From Rhodospirillales bacterium (GTDB lineage Bacteria > Pseudomonadota > Alphaproteobacteria > SMXQ01): a stretch of 64,000 bases of DNA. Numbering within the stretch: position 1 is the stretch's first letter; every line of letters begins with the position of its first letter. The notes under the pieces are model-generated. The model had not been told where the DNA came from, made no database searches, and saw only the letters and a program-made list of their open reading frames with translations. The position numbers and the translations under genes are program-made. The stretch covers positions 96,845 through 160,844 of the forward strand of contig JABIXC010000007.1 of the NCBI GenBank assembly GCA_018666775.1, given 5' to 3'. Below, piece after piece: positions 41,471 through 51,305 of the stretch.

Positions 41471-43471
41471 TTAAAGACCGGCTCCGAAAACTGTTTCCAC
41501 AGCCATTGCCCGGGCTTCTGCGCTAAATCCGGCGATGATTAAGGATCGAACCACGGGTGCTATAATGCTGGGATGCAGCTTTCCCGGAGCCTCATCGCCA
41601 AGTGCGATCGCCGATAAAAGAACGGTTTCAGCCAAACGCCCGGCCTTTGCCCCATGTTCAAGCGCCTTGATCAACCCAGGCTGGGCCAGGGTCGCATTTT
41701 CCCGCCCGTCTGTGGCAACCTTCAACCAGACAACCCCTGGCACCTTGATGCCCAGGGCTTCGGCCAGTGCCAGAAAAAGCGAGGCCCGTTGCCTTTGAAC
41801 ATCATCGCCCGCAGATTTGTTTGATTTCCACCACCGTTCGAACTTCGCCACATCAAATGGCGCTGCCCCAACGGGTTCGATCACACTGGTCTCTGTAACA
41901 CTGGTCTCCCCATTGGGAACCACACCAGTGGACACCTCAGCGCCTGTCGGAATCAGTTGCGATTTCAGCGGCACCGACGCCAGAACCGAAAGCGGCCAAA
42001 GGGCAACGTCTGCCGGGACCGATGCATGCATGGAAGCCTTATCCGGATTTTCCTTAGGCGGCTGTCCTACGCGGGTGGCCAATTCAAGCCAGCCATCGGC
42101 CACATGAACGGCACCTGCCAGATAGAGCGCGCGGGCAGCTTCACGGGCAAACCAGGCCAGTTCATCAGATGGATCAACCTGTGCAAGGATGGGCATAAAC
42201 ACCCTGACCGCCGTGCCGGTTCGCCCTTGTGCTCTGGCCAATGAAAACACCTTGGCAAGAATTTCAGCCCTGGCCGCCGCAACGGTCTGGGTTTGGGCAG
42301 CATGATAGAGAAGTGCGCGTGCGCGCGGGCCTGAAAGCTTGTCTGCCTGGGTCAAGGCACCTGCAATATCGGCTGGCGGAAAATTAATAGAGCCATAAAG
42401 TTTTGCCAGAGAAGATGGCTTTAAGGTGCCATATGCCTCTGCCCGCTCTGCCGCGTCCAGGCGCGAATCAAGGGTGGCATTGGGGCTGAAGGCAACAGAA
42501 CGCAACATCGCGGCACTACCTTTTTCAACAACGGCATCGGGAATTTGGATTCTACCCGCCCGCATCATTGCCAGATGAAGTGGCTTGGGCTGATCGGGTG
42601 CCGCAAAGGCCGTGCCGCGATCACCCCCCAAAATTTGAACCAGACTAAAAAAGGCTTCGTCTTCCATCTCTTGTTCGCGCAACAGTTCCGCACCAATAGA
42701 AGCCTTGGCCCCCTCGCCTGCAATTAACTGGCAAAAAACCAGCGCCTTGCGCCATGAAACACTCTGAAACTGGCGAATTCTGGACTGGCTTTCAGCGCAA
42801 GCCCCGGCATTGTCATTCAACAAAAATGCCACATCCCTGCGCGCGATGGCGATGGCTTCTTCTGGCGTGCGCACGGGCACAACCCGCAACAGGGCAGCGG
42901 CGGATTCCAGATCACCAAGGGCCAAAATTCTGTCCACACGCCTGGCGACAAGACTGGGTTCCTTTTTTGCATCTACACCGGATTTTTTTACGGCGGGTTT
43001 ATGCGCTACAGGCGGGCGGGCCGCACTTAAAAGCAAGCGCCGCACCAAAGACCGTGCAGAGGCCAGTCCGGGAGGGGCCGGAAGGCGGGGCAAATATTTT
43101 GAAACCAGATCAGCGCTGGTGCCCTTCCACATATCAATGCCAAGCCCCCCTGCCTTAGCATCCAGCAACCCAACCGAATTGGGGTCAATGGCGCCAAGGG
43201 TATCGACCTTAATGCCCTTTGATGGGGCAGGTGATGGCGAAACTGGGGTTACAGATACCGGGATCGGGGATACCGTGGATGGAAGTTTCTTGGGCAGTTG
43301 TGCTGGCAAAGCCTTTGAAGCGCTCGCCGCACCTGAGGCGCCAAGCGGCTTTGGAGGTGCCAGATTTTCTGGCGGCAAAATCTTTGCCTGAGCCCCCGCG
43401 CCGGAACTGCCCATGGGGATCATCAAGGCCGTCAAACAGGACGCCGCCAACAGGGTTCGAAATCCTGTCAT
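41471..43471 (-). CDS. Large secreted hypothetical protein (signal peptide, Pro-rich linker, predominantly alpha-helical Ala/Leu-rich body)
   Basis: About 667 aa from the internal Met 'MTGFRTLLAASCLTALMIPMGSSGAGAQA'. No recognisable catalytic motif. Divergent from aroK. Confidence 0.5.
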   Translation of the reverse strand: MTGFRTLLAASCLTALMIPMGSSGAGAQAKILPPENLAPPKPLGASGAASASKALPAQLPKKLPSTVSPIPVSVTPVSPSPAPSKGIKVDTLGAIDPNSVGLLDAKAGGLGIDMWKGTSADLVSKYLPRLPAPPGLASARSLVRRLLLSAARPPVAHKPAVKKSGVDAKKEPSLVARRVDRILALGDLESAAALLRVVPVRTPEEAIAIARRDVAFLLNDNAGACAESQSRIRQFQSVSWRKALVFCQLIAGEGAKASIGAELLREQEMEDEAFFSLVQILGGDRGTAFAAPDQPKPLHLAMMRAGRIQIPDAVVEKGSAAMLRSVAFSPNATLDSRLDAAERAEAYGTLKPSSLAKLYGSINFPPADIAGALTQADKLSGPRARALLYHAAQTQTVAAARAEILAKVFSLARAQGRTGTAVRVFMPILAQVDPSDELAWFAREAARALYLAGAVHVADGWLELATRVGQPPKENPDKASMHASVPADVALWPLSVLASVPLKSQLIPTGAEVSTGVVPNGETSVTETSVIEPVGAAPFDVAKFERWWKSNKSAGDDVQRQRASLFLALAEALGIKVPGVVWLKVATDGRENATLAQPGLIKALEHGAKAGRLAETVLLSAIALGDEAPGKLHPSIIAPVVRSLIIAGFSAEARAMAVETVFGAGL

Positions 43472-43862
43472 GGGCTTAACGCAAGACACGGTCATTAGGC
43501 AGCACCTTTTCCACCTTAGCCAAAGGCGGTGGCATTTCCCAACTGGCGAGAAAGACCCCCACGGCACCAAAGGCAAGAACAAGGATAATAATAAGAATTT
43601 TTGAAATTTTCGTCATGACCCATTCAGAGCGGAGATAAAGTTTTCATACCAAGGTTCACAGCACACTATCGAGGCTGGAAACCCAAACCATTAATCTGAT
43701 CACATTCCTATGCTATTCTATTTACACTAAAATTTGACTGTGGCATTTTTGCGGCAATTTTCGGCAAATTAGCGGGTGTCGGCCTGTCATGCAATACTGT
43801 CAAACAAACTGGATGATCCAAACCCCAGCCTTAATCGGGCTAATCATTATAGGAATACAAAA

Positions 43863-44480
43863 ATGAGGTCCCCAACAACCGCCGAAACCACGTTACCCCC
43901 CGGGGCGCACCTGGAAAAGTCGGTCGTGATGGTTGGGCTAATGGGCACAGGAAAAACCAGCATTGGACGGATGCTGGCAAAACGCCTGAAAATGGACTTT
44001 GTTGATGCCGATGCAGAAATCGTTGCCGCCGCAGGCTGTAGCATTGAAGAAATCTTTGAAACCCATGGCGAACCATCCTTCCGTTCCGGAGAACGCAGTG
44101 TCATCGCCCGTCTGCTGGATGGCCCAGTCCGGATCATCGCAACCGGGGGGGGCGCCTTCATGGACCCGGAAACCCGCGAACACATTGCCAAAAATGCCAT
44201 TTCGGTCTGGCTTCATGCCGATCTTGATACCCTCGTCAAACGCGTGTCACGGCGCGGGGGACGCCCTCTGATCAAAAATGCCGATCCCCGCCAAGTTATT
44301 GATGAATTAATGAAAATCCGTGACCCTATTTATGCGAAAGCCGATATAAGGGTGGAAACTTCTGACGATCCATCCAACAAAGTGACCGAACAGGTCATTG
44401 CGGCCCTTGAAGATTACACAGGCCTGAAGCCTCTGGCGGCCCCGAAAAAAACAACCACCCGGAAAATGGACACGAAATGA
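43863..44480 (+). CDS. aroK: Shikimate kinase
   Basis: Walker A 'GLMGTGKTSIGR'. 4-nt overlap with aroB. Confidence 0.8.
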   Translation: MRSPTTAETTLPPGAHLEKSVVMVGLMGTGKTSIGRMLAKRLKMDFVDADAEIVAAAGCSIEEIFETHGEPSFRSGERSVIARLLDGPVRIIATGGGAFMDPETREHIAKNAISVWLHADLDTLVKRVSRRGGRPLIKNADPRQVIDELMKIRDPIYAKADIRVETSDDPSNKVTEQVIAALEDYTGLKPLAAPKKTTTRKMDTK

Positions 44481-45628
44481 CGGGAAATTCCCCAACAAGC
44501 ACCACAGCAAACACCGCAGCAAGCACCATAGACGTTGAACTGGGTGAGCGATCCTATGAAATTCGGGTGGGATCTGGCTTGTTGGGTCAGGCTGGAAATC
44601 ATCTGGCCCCCTTGCTGGGTGAACATGGTCTGAAAGACGGCATTATCATCGTGACCGATACCACGGTCGCCAGCCATCACCTGTCTACCCTGGAAGCCAG
44701 TCTGAAGGCAGCGGGGCTTGGATACCGAACTGTCACGCTGGAACCCGGAGAACACACCAAAAGCTTTTCCAATCTGGAAAAATTAATTGATGAATTGCTG
44801 TCAGGGGGCCTGGAGCGGCGCACAACCTTGATTGCATTTGGCGGCGGTGTCATCGGCGACATTACCGGCTTTGCTGCGGCCATCGCCTTGCGCGGAATCG
44901 ATTTCATCCAGATTCCAACCACCCTTTTGGCACAGGTCGATTCATCCGTCGGCGGCAAAACCGGGATCAACACCACACAGGGCAAAAATCTGGTTGGGGC
45001 CTTTTATCAACCCCGCATGGTCTTGGCCGACATTGATGTTCTGGATACCTTGCCCCGCCGACAATTGCTGGCAGGCTACGCAGAAGTTGTTAAATACGGC
45101 CTGATTGGAGACGTCGGTTTTTTTGAATGGCTGGAAGAACACGGGGCCGCCCTGATCGATGGCGACAAAGCCGCCCGAATAGAGGCCATCGCGCAGAGCT
45201 GTCGGGCCAAAGCGCAAATCGTTTCCGGGGATGAACATGAATTGGGAAATCGGGCACTGCTTAATCTTGGCCACACATTCGCCCATGCCATGGAGGCAGA
45301 AAGTGGCTTTTCCGATGCCCTGCTTCATGGCGAAGCGGTCGGGATCGGCATGATTTTGGCCTTTGAATTGTCCGAAGCCTTAAACCTTTGCCCAGCCGGG
45401 GCTGCAACCCGTTTAAAAGCCCATTTTGATGCCGTAGGACTGCCCATAACACCCAAAGGCCGGGGCTTTGACACGGACACGCTATTGGCGCATATGCACC
45501 ATGATAAAAAGGTCGTCAAAGGCCAGATCACCTTTATTCTGGCCCATGACATTGGCAAGGCCGTGATCGCCCACGACGTTGATATGGCACAAGTCGCACG
45601 CGTATTGGAACACAGCCTTAAGGGCTGA
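44477..45628 (+). CDS. aroB: 3-dehydroquinate synthase
   Basis: 383 aa. NAD-binding 'GGGVIGD'. Metal-binding His residues. Confidence 0.9.
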   Translation: MTGNSPTSTTANTAASTIDVELGERSYEIRVGSGLLGQAGNHLAPLLGEHGLKDGIIIVTDTTVASHHLSTLEASLKAAGLGYRTVTLEPGEHTKSFSNLEKLIDELLSGGLERRTTLIAFGGGVIGDITGFAAAIALRGIDFIQIPTTLLAQVDSSVGGKTGINTTQGKNLVGAFYQPRMVLADIDVLDTLPRRQLLAGYAEVVKYGLIGDVGFFEWLEEHGAALIDGDKAARIEAIAQSCRAKAQIVSGDEHELGNRALLNLGHTFAHAMEAESGFSDALLHGEAVGIGMILAFELSEALNLCPAGAATRLKAHFDAVGLPITPKGRGFDTDTLLAHMHHDKKVVKGQITFILAHDIGKAVIAHDVDMAQVARVLEHSLKG

Positions 45629-45677
45629 ATGCATTTTAGAAATTGATTGCCAGAGAAAGGTCAGAGACTAAAAACCG

Positions 45678-46994
45678 ATGGATCAGTTCCTGATAATGAC
45701 GTTGTGGGGCATTCTTGTCCTGTTGATTCTTTCGGCCTTTTTTTCTGGCTCTGAAACCGCACTCACTGCGGTTTCACGACCGCTTCTCCATCAGCTTGAA
45801 CGAAATGGTCATACCCGTGCGCGCATGGTCAATGAATTGAGTGCCGATAAAGGCCGTTTGATTGGGGCCATTTTGATTGGCAACAATCTGGTCAACATTC
45901 TGGCATCGGTTCTGGCAACCGGCATCCTGATCGAGCTGTTTGGCACGGCCGGAATTGCCTATGCAACCATTGCCATGACCGTCCTTGTGGTGGTCTTTGC
46001 AGAAGTCTTGCCCAAAACCTATGCCCTTACCCATGCCGATCGCATGGCCCTGGCGGTGGCCCCCATCCTGCGCATCTTTGTTGTTTTGTTTTCGCCCTTT
46101 TCGCGCGCCACCCAGGTCATTGTCGGATTGATCCTGCGCATCTTTGGAATCACCCTTTCCAACGGCCAACCACAGGCATTCGTAGAAGAAGAATTGCGGG
46201 GTGCCATTGAGCTGCACAAGGGCGATGATGTTCTTTTCCGCGATGAAAAAAGCATGCTCCACTCCATTTTGGATCTTGATGATGTGGAAGTGGGCGAAGT
46301 CATGATCCATCGCTCCGCTGTTGCCGCAATTGATGCCGATTTACCAACACCCGAAATTATGCACCAGGTGGTAGAAAGCCCCTTCACGCGCATTCCATTA
46401 TGGCGGGACAAACCAGAAAATATCATTGGCGTCCTGCATGCCAAGGCGTTGCTCCGGGAAATTGAAAAGCATCCCGGTAACCTTGAAACCCTGAAAGTGG
46501 CGGATTTGGCAACGGTTCCCTGGTTTATCCCGGAATCGACCGACCTTCTGTCCCAATTAAGGGCATTCAGAAAACGCCGGGAACATTTCGCCCTGGTGGT
46601 GGATGAATACGGTGACCTTATGGGCATTGTTACCCTTGAAGACATTTTAGAAGAAATTGTTGGCGACATTTCCGATGAACACGACGTGCGCCACAAAGGA
46701 ATCAGGCCCCAACCCGACGGTGATATCATCGTTGATGGCGATGTCACCATCCGTGACCTGAACCGTGAATTTGATTGGCAATTGCCCGATGAAGATGCGG
46801 CCACCATTGCCGGGCTTGTTTTGCACGAATCCCGGCTTATTCCCGATGCGGGCCAAATATTTATGTTTTTCGGTTACCGGTTTGAGATACTGGCGCGCAG
46901 CGGCAATCGTATATCGGCCCTGCGCATCACCCCCAATATGGATCAATCAGATCAATACAGCGACACTGGCGACAATCAAGCCAGTCAAATTTAA
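45678..46994 (+). CDS. HlyC/CorC family transporter (DUF21-CBS pair-CorC_HlyC)
   Basis: 438 aa. Four N-terminal TM helices, tandem CBS domains, and a transporter-associated C-terminal domain. Confidence 0.8.
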   Translation: MDQFLIMTLWGILVLLILSAFFSGSETALTAVSRPLLHQLERNGHTRARMVNELSADKGRLIGAILIGNNLVNILASVLATGILIELFGTAGIAYATIAMTVLVVVFAEVLPKTYALTHADRMALAVAPILRIFVVLFSPFSRATQVIVGLILRIFGITLSNGQPQAFVEEELRGAIELHKGDDVLFRDEKSMLHSILDLDDVEVGEVMIHRSAVAAIDADLPTPEIMHQVVESPFTRIPLWRDKPENIIGVLHAKALLREIEKHPGNLETLKVADLATVPWFIPESTDLLSQLRAFRKRREHFALVVDEYGDLMGIVTLEDILEEIVGDISDEHDVRHKGIRPQPDGDIIVDGDVTIRDLNREFDWQLPDEDAATIAGLVLHESRLIPDAGQIFMFFGYRFEILARSGNRISALRITPNMDQSDQYSDTGDNQASQI

Positions 46995-47008
46995 AAAGGA
47001 CCAACCCC

Positions 47009-47566
47009 ATGCCCCTTAGCGATCCCGTTGCCAGAAACCGTCGCCACAACCGCACCATTGATCTTTCCGGATATGAACGTGAAGACGGGTTATGGGACAT
47101 CGAAGGTCACCTTCGCGACATCAAGGGATACACGTTCAACAATTCCTGGCGCGGTGATATCAAGGCAGGAGAGCCCGTTCACGACATGTGGATTCGCATC
47201 ACCGTGGATATCACCCTGACCATCAAATCCGTCGAAGCCTCCATCGATAGTGGCCCCCACCCCATTTGTCCTGACATCGCCCCTGACTTCAAAATTCTGG
47301 AAGGCATTTGCATTGCCCCCGGGTGGAACCGCAAGGTTCGCGAATTACTGGGGGGCGTTAAAGGCTGTGTTCATCTGGTGGAAATGCTGGGACCGCTGGC
47401 GACCGTTGCCTTTCAAACCCTTGGCCCATCCCGTGCCCTTGCCGCCCAGGATCAGGCAAAAGGCACCGATCGCAAAAAACCGGCGCGCATCGATACATGC
47501 CACGTCTTTAAATCTGATGGGGATGCGGTTAAGGAACGCTGGCCTGAATTTTACAAAGGGTCGTGA
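47009..47566 (+). CDS. DUF2889 domain-containing protein
   Basis: 185 aa. Resembles DUF2889 family members recalled from memory ('...GHLRDIKGYTF...GGVKGCVHLVEMLGPLATVAFQT'). Confidence 0.5.
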   Translation: MPLSDPVARNRRHNRTIDLSGYEREDGLWDIEGHLRDIKGYTFNNSWRGDIKAGEPVHDMWIRITVDITLTIKSVEASIDSGPHPICPDIAPDFKILEGICIAPGWNRKVRELLGGVKGCVHLVEMLGPLATVAFQTLGPSRALAAQDQAKGTDRKKPARIDTCHVFKSDGDAVKERWPEFYKGS

Positions 47567-47926
47567 TGGCCCGAATTGTTGACGCCCAATTCCGATTGGG
47601 CCGGGGCATCTGAGGCATCTGAGAAAACTTCTGCAATAACGGAACGCCACCGGTCTGCACCCCGGGGACGGGGATTGGCCAGATGACCGTGGCCAACAAG
47701 ATCATGGCCATCTTCGGTCGACGCCAGGCGATAATAAACGACCAAAAAGACCCTTAAGGCTGCCGTCAGGCTGCTGTTTTTTCGAACATGGTCGATCAGG
47801 GTGCACAGTTCATGAAGGGTCATGCCTTCACGGACACACAATTCTTTTGCCGCAGCCCACAGCTCTTCTTCAAGCCGGATGCTGGTCCGACGATCGCTGA
47901 CATTGACGTTCTTGCATATCAACATT
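47551..47926 (-). CDS. Ribbon-helix-helix (RHH_4/CopG-like) domain protein
   Basis: An internal-Met start gives an N-terminus '...RRTSIRLEEELWAAAKELCVREGMTLHELCTLID' that matches RHH_4 family architecture. Convergent 16-nt overlap with the DUF2889 gene. Confidence 0.5.
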
Positions 47927-48075
47927 GCAAGTCTCCAAACAGTCCTGTGTAAAAAAGCGCACTTCCAATACCCGCGCAACACCACCGTTGATTTTGATTT
48001 TAACCAACGGGCGCATGAATACAACTAGAAACATTCTAATACGCATTAGTAATATCACGAAGAGCCAAACGCAAA

Positions 48076-48375
48076 TTATGATTCTGTAGAATCCTGTTGG
48101 GGGGTAATGGCGCTCAGGGAAAGTGCGTGAACCGGCCCGGCCAGTTCATCGGCCAAAATTTCATAGACCAAACGCTGGCGATCAACCCGCGACAAACCTT
48201 CAAATGCAGCGGCGACCACCACCAACCGGAAATGGCTTTCGCCATCAACGCTGGCCCCTGCATGGCCCGCATGGAGATGGGAATCATCAGCTATGTCGAG
48301 ACGCCGAGGCTTCAGGGCCAGCTCAAGCTTGTTTCTAATCAACAAGGCGACTGTACCCTCTGTTCCAGATTCCAT
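48076..48375 (-). CDS. bolA: BolA family protein
   Basis: 99 aa from the internal Met. Includes 'DDSHLHAGH' and 'HFRLVVVAAAFEGLSRVDRQRLVYEIL', which are BolA signatures. Confidence 0.7.
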   Translation of the reverse strand: MESGTEGTVALLIRNKLELALKPRRLDIADDSHLHAGHAGASVDGESHFRLVVVAAAFEGLSRVDRQRLVYEILADELAGPVHALSLSAITPQQDSTES

Positions 48376-48417
48376 ATCTGATTCCTGACTGCCCCATCGG
48401 GGGCTGTGACTAATGTT

Positions 48418-48442
48418 CATTTATTACATGCATTTATTACAT
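48418..48442. promoter_or_regulatory. Direct repeat CATTTATTACAT x2 (1-nt spacer) in the bolA / DMT-transporter divergent promoter region
   Basis: Seen directly in the sequence. Lies 45-70 nt upstream of the preferred bolA start. Confidence 0.4.
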
Positions 48443-48494
48443 TCTCTGTGTTTTTTTCCCACCTACAAAGCCCCGTAACAGGTAAGTTGGCCTG

Positions 48495-49433
48495 ATGTCG
48501 TCTCCCCCTGAACCTTCCCGTCTTATTTCGCACCGAACCGCCGGGGTTTTAGCCCTTGGCGTAATTGTGATCTGGGGGCTGAACTGGCCGATTATGAAAA
48601 TCGTCCTGACCGATGTGCCACCCGTCACCTTTGGCCTTATTCGCCTGTTACTGGGTGCCTTGTGCCTCAGTATCATCTTGATTGCCATGAAACAGTTCAA
48701 AATTCCCGAACGACATGATTGGCCCGTGGTCATCAGCGTCGGTATTCTACAGCTGGCGGCGTTTTTGGCGCTGATTAACCTCGGCCTTGAACGGGTTGAG
48801 GCCGGACGCGCTGTCATCCTCAGCTACACCACCATGATCTGGGTCACCCCACTGGCGGTATGGTTTTTGGGCGAACGCCTGAGCAGGGGCAAACTTGGGG
48901 GGCTGATCTGCGGGCTGGCTGGCATCATGGTGTTGTTTAATCCATTTGGGTCCGTAGGTGAAGCTGGTGGATTTGATTGGACCGATGGCCGGGCCCTTAC
49001 GGGCAACGGGTTGCTTCTGGCCGCAGCCTTTGCATGGGCGCTGTCCATTGTTCACATTCGTGCCCACCCCTTTCGCGCCACCCCCTTGCAACTGGCACCT
49101 TGGCAGATGTTGATCGGCAGTGTGCCTTTGGCCCTGTGTGCCTATCTGTGGGAAAGCCCATCGGACATTCACCTGACCCCGACCCTGATTGCAGCCCTTG
49201 CGTATAACGGGCCCATTGCCACCGGGTTTGCCTTTTGGGCATGGGTATCGGTCAACCGGGCCTTACCTGCCATCACCACCGCCATCGGGTCTCTTGGGGT
49301 GCCGGTGGTGGGGATGATTGCATCGGCGATTTGGCTGAACGAACCGCTCAGCTTTGCCAACATTGCAGGATTTATCCTGATCGCCCTAGGGCTTGCCCTG
49401 ATCGCTGTGGAAACAACAAAGAAACCGGGATAA
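48495..49433 (+). CDS. DMT superfamily transporter (two EamA domains)
   Basis: 312 aa with 10 predicted TM helices in two EamA halves. Confidence 0.75.
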   Translation: MSSPPEPSRLISHRTAGVLALGVIVIWGLNWPIMKIVLTDVPPVTFGLIRLLLGALCLSIILIAMKQFKIPERHDWPVVISVGILQLAAFLALINLGLERVEAGRAVILSYTTMIWVTPLAVWFLGERLSRGKLGGLICGLAGIMVLFNPFGSVGEAGGFDWTDGRALTGNGLLLAAAFAWALSIVHIRAHPFRATPLQLAPWQMLIGSVPLALCAYLWESPSDIHLTPTLIAALAYNGPIATGFAFWAWVSVNRALPAITTAIGSLGVPVVGMIASAIWLNEPLSFANIAGFILIALGLALIAVETTKKPG

Positions 49434-49484
49434 CGCGCCATTGGGCCCCTTGCACCAAGCGCCAGAAGACAGCATATTTGGCTG

Positions 49485-50135
49485 ATGTCTAGAGATTACT
49501 CAAAAACTGGCCCCCGCAGAAGCAAGCCACAGGTCACCACCATCCCTGAGCCAGACCCTGATGCGGAGGCTGAAAAATTGTGTGAGATCAATAAATGCAA
49601 AGGTCCCGGGCTCTACCGGGCACCGGTATCTCCCGATAAACTAGACAGTCATTACTGGTTTTGCCTCGACCATGTTCGAGAATACAACAAGGCCTGGAAT
49701 TTCTGCCTCGGCAAAAATGAAGATCAAATTGAACACTTGATCCGCGAAGACGTCGTCGGATGGCGCCCAACCTGGCCTTTGGGCAAATTGGGAAAGAATT
49801 TTTCTCAAGCCCAATTTGACCAGTTTGATCAAATGCGCGATCAGTTCGGATTGTTTAAAAAGGGCAAGCGAGCAAAGCAGAAGCGCAAGGAAAATCAGGA
49901 AAAAACGGCAGAAAATGGCGGAAATTTAGGAAAAAATGAACAGGATTCCCTTGCCGAAGCCCTGGATATTTTTGAACTTTCACCCCCCATCACCGCCGCT
50001 GGGGTTAAAACACAATATAAAAAATTAGCAAAACAACACCATCCTGATGCTAATGGGGGCGACAAGGCGGCAGAAGAACGGCTAAAATTGATAAATCGGG
50101 CCTATGCAACGTTGAAAAAGCAATTCGGTCCTTGA
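49485..50135 (+). CDS. J domain-containing protein (C-terminal DnaJ domain, N-terminal Cys/His Zn-ribbon-like region)
   Basis: C-terminal '[35 protein letters not shown]' contains the HPD motif. Conserved partner immediately upstream of cobS in Rhizobiales. Confidence 0.7.
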   Translation: MSRDYSKTGPRRSKPQVTTIPEPDPDAEAEKLCEINKCKGPGLYRAPVSPDKLDSHYWFCLDHVREYNKAWNFCLGKNEDQIEHLIREDVVGWRPTWPLGKLGKNFSQAQFDQFDQMRDQFGLFKKGKRAKQKRKENQEKTAENGGNLGKNEQDSLAEALDIFELSPPITAAGVKTQYKKLAKQHHPDANGGDKAAEERLKLINRAYATLKKQFGP

Positions 50136-50242
50136 ACATTCACGCCGTGGGATATCTCTTGGCTAGTTTGCGGGAGCGCCCGCTTGACCATCCAGGAAAT
50201 ACCCCACACCACTTGATTGCCCATCGTTTGGGTTTTTACAAA

Positions 50243-51277
50243 ATGGAAAAAATTTTTATGGCAACGAACCTCAGCACCGAATCAGATCAAACCGTTCACC
50301 CGCTTGACGCTCCCGATATCGAAATTTCTGTTCGCAAAGCCTTTGGCATTGATAGCGACATGAAGGTCCCGGGCTTCAGCGTCGCCAGCGAACATGTCCC
50401 GGAACGCGACGATAGCTACCACTTTGACGAATCAACGACCCTTGCCATTCTTGCGGGCTTTGCCCACAACCGGCGGGTTATGATTCAGGGCTATCACGGC
50501 ACCGGCAAGTCCACCCATATTGAACAAGTGGCATCGCGGCTGAACTGGCCCTGTGTCCGGGTCAACCTTGATAGCCACATCAGCCGGATTGATCTTTTGG
50601 GCAAAGACGCCATCGTCCTGCGTGAAGGCCAACAGGTCACGGAATATCGTGAAGGCATTCTGCCATGGGCCCTGCAAAGCCCGACGGCATTGGTGTTCGA
50701 TGAATATGATGCGGGCCGACCTGATGTCATGTTTGTGATCCAGCGCATTCTCGAAGTAAACGGCAAGCTGACCCTGGTTGATCAGAACAAGGTGATCAGC
50801 CCCCATCCCTCTTTCCGCCTGTTTGCCACCGCCAACACGGTGGGGCTTGGCGACACAACGGGCCTGTATCACGGCACCCAACAGCTTAATCAGGGCCAAC
50901 TTGATCGCTGGCACATCATTGCCACGCTCAATTACCTGCCCCATGAAGATGAAATGAAAATCGTCCTCGCCAAGGCCCCTTGGTACGACAATAAAAAGGG
51001 CAAGGAAACCGTGGCCAACATGATTTCACTGGCCGATCTTACTCGCGCAGGGTTCATTGCGGGGGATATCTCCACCGTGATGTCGCCTAGAACCGTCATT
51101 ACCTGGGCAGAAAACATCCAGATATTTGAAGACATCGCCCATGCATTCCGGGTGACGTTCCTCAACAGATGCGATGAAATGGAACGGGCAACGGTCGCCG
51201 AATATTACCAGCGCTGCTTCGGTGAGGAATTGCCGGAATCGGTCCATGCAGAACAGGACGACGAAGGCACATCCTGA
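50243..51277 (+). CDS. cobS: Cobaltochelatase subunit CobS (MoxR-like AAA+ ATPase)
   Basis: Walker A 'GYHGTGKST'. Walker B 'LVFDEYD'. Start set at the internal Met matching CobS N-termini. 4-nt overlap with the J-domain gene in the longer ORF. Confidence 0.85.
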   Translation: MEKIFMATNLSTESDQTVHPLDAPDIEISVRKAFGIDSDMKVPGFSVASEHVPERDDSYHFDESTTLAILAGFAHNRRVMIQGYHGTGKSTHIEQVASRLNWPCVRVNLDSHISRIDLLGKDAIVLREGQQVTEYREGILPWALQSPTALVFDEYDAGRPDVMFVIQRILEVNGKLTLVDQNKVISPHPSFRLFATANTVGLGDTTGLYHGTQQLNQGQLDRWHIIATLNYLPHEDEMKIVLAKAPWYDNKKGKETVANMISLADLTRAGFIAGDISTVMSPRTVITWAENIQIFEDIAHAFRVTFLNRCDEMERATVAEYYQRCFGEELPESVHAEQDDEGTS

Positions 51278-51305
51278 TCGCAGGGTCTGACCGAAGAAAA
51301 TCGCC

